The notes beneath the pieces are model-generated. The model saw nothing but the letters and a program-made list of their open reading frames with translations, did no database searches and was not told the origin of the DNA. DNA of 10,238 bases from an uncultured bacterium. GTDB taxonomy: Bacteria; CAIJMQ01. Positions 7,548-10,238 of this stretch are shown in pieces. The translations under genes were made by a program, and so were the position numbers. The first letter of the stretch is position 1; each line of letters starts with the position of its first letter. The stretch is from NCBI GenBank assembly GCA_964573245.1, contig CAZNJA010000050.1:1-10238 (forward strand). Direction: 5' to 3'.

Positions 7548-8820
7548 TTACTTTTGACATTGTCATTCTTGGTTCTGCCAATTGCAAGCTCAATAGAAAA
7601 CCAGCCGAAACCATTAACAAGGTTATCACAAATAAGAAACTATGAGATATATGTTGAACTATAGCTCCTCCTATAAGAGGAAAAATCATCACCGGGAAGG
7701 TAAGAGTGCCATTTAAACTTATATAAGCAGGACGGTCTTTTTGAGATGCTATATCTAATAAAAAATTAGTTTTCCCGATAGTGTAGCCTGCAGTAAAAAA
7801 ACCTACAAATAGAAATAGGAGAACAAATAGTATAGATAAAGTAGGCGGCGTTATTATAGCAAGTAAAGGGACTACTAAAGCCAATAAAGCAGTTATCTGT
7901 AAAACTTTCTTGTTACCCACAAAGTCGGACAAGTGAGCCCAAAGGAAATTGGATAATGCGCTTCCCAGCATTTGTGCTGCGAGGAATATACCCACCATTC
8001 CCAAGCTCACCTTAAACACATCTCTGGCATAGAGCACATAAAAAGGCAAAGCCAAGGCACTAGTGCCTATAAGTATCTCCACTAATAGAAATTTTTTATA
8101 GTTGCTATCAGATTTTAGAATTTTAAATGCCTTTTTCAGAAATCCTTGAAAACTTAAATGAGTTTTATGCACTTCTTCCACCGGCTCTTTTACTGAACCT
8201 AATCCGAGATAAGATATGCCCATAAAAATGAAAGCAAAGAAAAACAGAAGGGAAAAGTTCTGAGGAAATATGATGTTTTTACTGCCCAGGATATATTTAG
8301 CAATAAGACCCGAGGCAACAGCCAGAATCCCTCCTAAAAGCTGACGAGAACCAAAAAACCTTCCCCTTAAAGTGGAGGGAATTGCTTTACCCCAGATATC
8401 GTAGAAGGGTATAGCAGCTACTCCGCCCATAAGAGTAAATACAATAAGCAGGAAGAATAGAGAAACAAGTACCAGATTTGGATGGGAAATAGCAAAAAAA
8501 TAGGTTATTAAGGATAACAGAGCCCAGCAAAGAGCACGGATAGTAATTGCAATTCTCAAAAGAGGTCTTTTATGAACTTTAGTTTCCAATTTACTGGCTA
8601 CAAAAAGTTGCGGCAAAACACTGCCTATTCCTCCAAGACTGCCCAATATAGTGGAAGAAAATCCTATGAGAATTTTAGAATCAGTAAGAGCACTTAAAAA
8701 AACAGGCATGATAGTATTGGGATTTCCAAAAGCTTGGCCTCCGGTGAAGAATGTGCCATGGAGGAGTCCCATAGCAAAATTCCATTTTAGTTTAGTGTCT
8801 TTATTTTCAGTTTTAGGCAT
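7528..8820 (-). CDS. Major facilitator superfamily transporter (430 aa)
   Basis: About 12 hydrophobic segments; IPSTLRGRFFG and WAHLSDFVGNKKVL (motif A-like). Start moved from 8883 to ATG 8820, which follows AAGGAG and removes a 53-bp overlap with the upstream gene. Confidence 0.92.
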   Translation of the reverse strand: MPKTENKDTKLKWNFAMGLLHGTFFTGGQAFGNPNTIMPVFLSALTDSKILIGFSSTILGSLGGIGSVLPQLFVASKLETKVHKRPLLRIAITIRALCWALLSLITYFFAISHPNLVLVSLFFLLIVFTLMGGVAAIPFYDIWGKAIPSTLRGRFFGSRQLLGGILAVASGLIAKYILGSKNIIFPQNFSLLFFFAFIFMGISYLGLGSVKEPVEEVHKTHLSFQGFLKKAFKILKSDSNYKKFLLVEILIGTSALALPFYVLYARDVFKVSLGMVGIFLAAQMLGSALSNFLWAHLSDFVGNKKVLQITALLALVVPLLAIITPPTLSILFVLLFLFVGFFTAGYTIGKTNFLLDIASQKDRPAYISLNGTLTFPVMIFPLIGGAIVQHISHSFLFVITLLMVSAGFLLSLQLAEPRMTMSKVKGEPGA

Positions 8821-8832
8821 CGGGTTCTCCTT
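8812..8832. repeat. 21-bp direct repeat copy B (RBS + start codon of MFS)
   Basis: tttaggcatcgggttctcctt; 20/21 identical to 7527-7547. Confidence 0.88.
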
Positions 8833-9325
8833 AATAATCATGCGGGACACCTTTAATATGTAAAAGCAAGTGTTCCTTATCACTATCTAAATAATCAAGC
8901 CACCCATAATTTGCATCATTTTTAGAATCTAAATCTTTCACGTAAGGTTTAATATCCAATAGAGGAGTCCTATCAAATACATCTAATCCTGAGGTAAGAA
9001 TTTCATTATTAACTATTCTTTTTATATGAACGATACTAATTCCTATAGGATTGGGACGAACAGGAGTTCTGCTTGCGAATAGACCCACCTTTGCACCGCC
9101 AGTCCAAAGGGGACTTTCAATCATAGAAGGACGGCGTCTAAGACGGTCAATATAATATACAACATAGATATAGCGGAAACTGTCAAGATTAAGAAGTCCT
9201 TCGGTATATTTGGTATCAAGCACAATACAAAACTCTCCTTTATCCTCATTTATAGGCTGGTAAGGCGCATTATCAATATAAGGCGTTCGTATTACACCAA
9301 TCGGTTTAAGATTAAAAACTGCCAT
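8831..9325 (-). CDS. tsaA: TsaA/TrmO-like SAM-binding beta-barrel protein (UPF0066), single-domain form
   Basis: Motifs LKPIGVIRTPY, GLFASRTPVRPNPIGISIV and GLDVFDRTPLLDIKPY. Confidence 0.9.
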   Translation of the reverse strand: MAVFNLKPIGVIRTPYIDNAPYQPINEDKGEFCIVLDTKYTEGLLNLDSFRYIYVVYYIDRLRRRPSMIESPLWTGGAKVGLFASRTPVRPNPIGISIVHIKRIVNNEILTSGLDVFDRTPLLDIKPYVKDLDSKNDANYGWLDYLDSDKEHLLLHIKGVPHDY

Positions 9326-9413
9326 ATTTCTCTTGTCCTCTCCAGTTCCTTCAATGTAGCTTAAAAATATTTAGTTATTTCCTACAAAAGAGAAATTGTT
9401 ACCCATAATATTT

Positions 9414-9445
9414 ACCCCGTTAGAGAGACCTGTTTCTAACGGGGT
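9414..9445. repeat. Palindromic element copy 2 (11-bp perfect inverted repeats, 10-nt spacer), intergenic
   Basis: ACCCCGTTAGA (9414-9424) and TCTAACGGGGT (9435-9445). Abuts the stop codon of the FkbM gene; TTTA at 9411-9414 and 9445-9448. Confidence 0.9.
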
Positions 9446-10111
9446 TTACTTGTGAGCATATATATACTCACAACCTTTAAAGTTTTTTCCTAATTTTAAA
9501 GTGTTTAAATCCACAGTGTTGATTTTGAACCCTAATTCTTTTAAATATGCCACAATATCGTTAACCGAATGTTCCATTTCTTCCAAAAAATTGTGATGAA
9601 TCTCAACAAATATCTGCACATGACTATTTCGGAGTATTTTCTCTGCACCTTTGAGCGCCATAAATTCGCTTCCTTCACAATCCATGCTTAGTAAGTCTAT
9701 ATTTTCTATCTCCCTCTTTCTTAGAAACGTGTCAAGGTTGGTAGTTGTAACACGCGCTTTTCCTTGTTGGAAGTCAATACGACTGGCATCACCATTTTCA
9801 TTAAAACGAGCGTAACCAGTTCTATCAGTTACAGCCAATTGCGATAACTGGATATTATCCAATCCATTAGAAATAATGTTTTTCTGTAACATCTCAAAAT
9901 ATTTGGGTAATGGTTCGAAGCAGAAAAGTATTCCTTCCCTGCCAATTTGCTTCCCTATAGCTACTGCAGTAAGACCGGTGTGTCCACCAACCTCAACTAC
10001 TACCATACCTTTCTGAGCAATGGACTGGAGAAATCTGACTTCACCTCTTTCGTGAGGGTGTTCCTGCAAATATGTTTTGTATGCAGGTGAATTGTGAGTA
10101 AAAAGATCCAT
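9446..10111 (-). CDS. FkbM-family SAM-dependent methyltransferase
   Basis: VVVEVGGHTG (motif I variant), CFEP, LAVTDRTG, IDLLSMDCEGSEFMALKGA and FVEIH. TAAGGA RBS upstream. Confidence 0.88.
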   Translation of the reverse strand: MDLFTHNSPAYKTYLQEHPHERGEVRFLQSIAQKGMVVVEVGGHTGLTAVAIGKQIGREGILFCFEPLPKYFEMLQKNIISNGLDNIQLSQLAVTDRTGYARFNENGDASRIDFQQGKARVTTTNLDTFLRKREIENIDLLSMDCEGSEFMALKGAEKILRNSHVQIFVEIHHNFLEEMEHSVNDIVAYLKELGFKINTVDLNTLKLGKNFKGCEYIYAHK

Positions 10112-10121
10112 ACCTTTTTCC

Positions 10122-10238
10122 TTAGGTTTCTTGTATTTTGTTAAGTTTTTCCAATGTTTGTTCAGCCACAGCTATCGAAAATGTAAAGAAATTCATGCTT
10201 CTTTTAAGGCATGCTTGTTTTTTCTCTTCATCGGTAAA
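10122..10238 (-). CDS. 3' end of an unknown protein (partial)
   Basis: Open frame from the window edge, FTDEEKKQACLKRSMNFFTFSIAVAEQTLEKLNKIQET*. Its TAA overlaps the RBS of the FkbM gene. Confidence 0.55.
   Translation of the reverse strand, partial: FTDEEKKQACLKRSMNFFTFSIAVAEQTLEKLNKIQET

Noticed and set aside
990-8863. Plus-strand ORFs in the track (990-1289, 3130-3336, 3971-4207, 4772-4999, 5265-5480, 5696-6049, 6285-6548, 6524-6793, 6803-7102, 8651-8863)
   Set aside because: All are antisense to well-supported minus-strand genes and show no recognisable motifs; they are shadow ORFs.
8821-8883. 21-aa N-terminal extension of the MFS in the ORF track
   Set aside because: Overlaps tsaA by 53 bp; ATG 8820 has a strong AAGGAG RBS.
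9371-9406. Mini-ORF MGNNFSFVGNN* between fkbM and tsaA (possible leader peptide)
   Set aside because: Only 11 codons, no convincing RBS, no attenuator structure or regulatory codon run.
9414-9445. Rho-independent terminator for the FkbM gene
   Set aside because: Followed by AAATATT rather than a U-tract on the coding strand, and the same arms occur inside mrpD, so a repeat element explains it better.
10194-10215. CATGC...GCATG inverted repeat and repeated CATGCTT
   Set aside because: Too short and within probable coding sequence; consistent with chance.
1-10238. CRISPR array, integron attC array, tRNA/rRNA, transposase or integrase
   Set aside because: No periodic repeat-spacer array, RNA gene or recombinase ORF was seen. 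The two palindromes are 8.5 kb apart, and one lies inside a gene rather than between cassettes.

Overview
AT-rich prokaryotic window in which all credible genes lie on the minus strand in one tightly packed, probably operonic run. In transcription order: a partial ORF, FkbM-family methyltransferase, TsaA/TrmO-like protein, MFS transporter, broken ferredoxin and DUF302-like remnants, a fused double MinD-type ferredoxin-inserted ATPase (COG1149 x2), a degenerate RecA/KaiC-like ATPase, an HDAC/AcuC-family protein, and an Mrp/Mbh/Mbx-type membrane module (mrpE-F-G, DUF4040/MbhD-like, mrpB, mrpC, mrpD running off the left edge). Four signals are not explained by the ORF track. (1) A small palindromic element CCCCGTTAGA...TCTAACGGGG occurs twice: once as an apparent in-frame 18-aa insertion in MrpD and once intergenic, flanked by a TTTA direct repeat. 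(2) A 21-bp direct repeat containing an RBS and start codon brackets the MFS gene. (3) A probable deletion scar joins a ferredoxin N-terminus to a DUF302-like C-terminus. (4) Key residues are substituted in the HDAC (GGGY->GGGF), the RecA-like protein and MrpD (TM7 Lys->Glu). Family calls come from motif recognition, not database searches.
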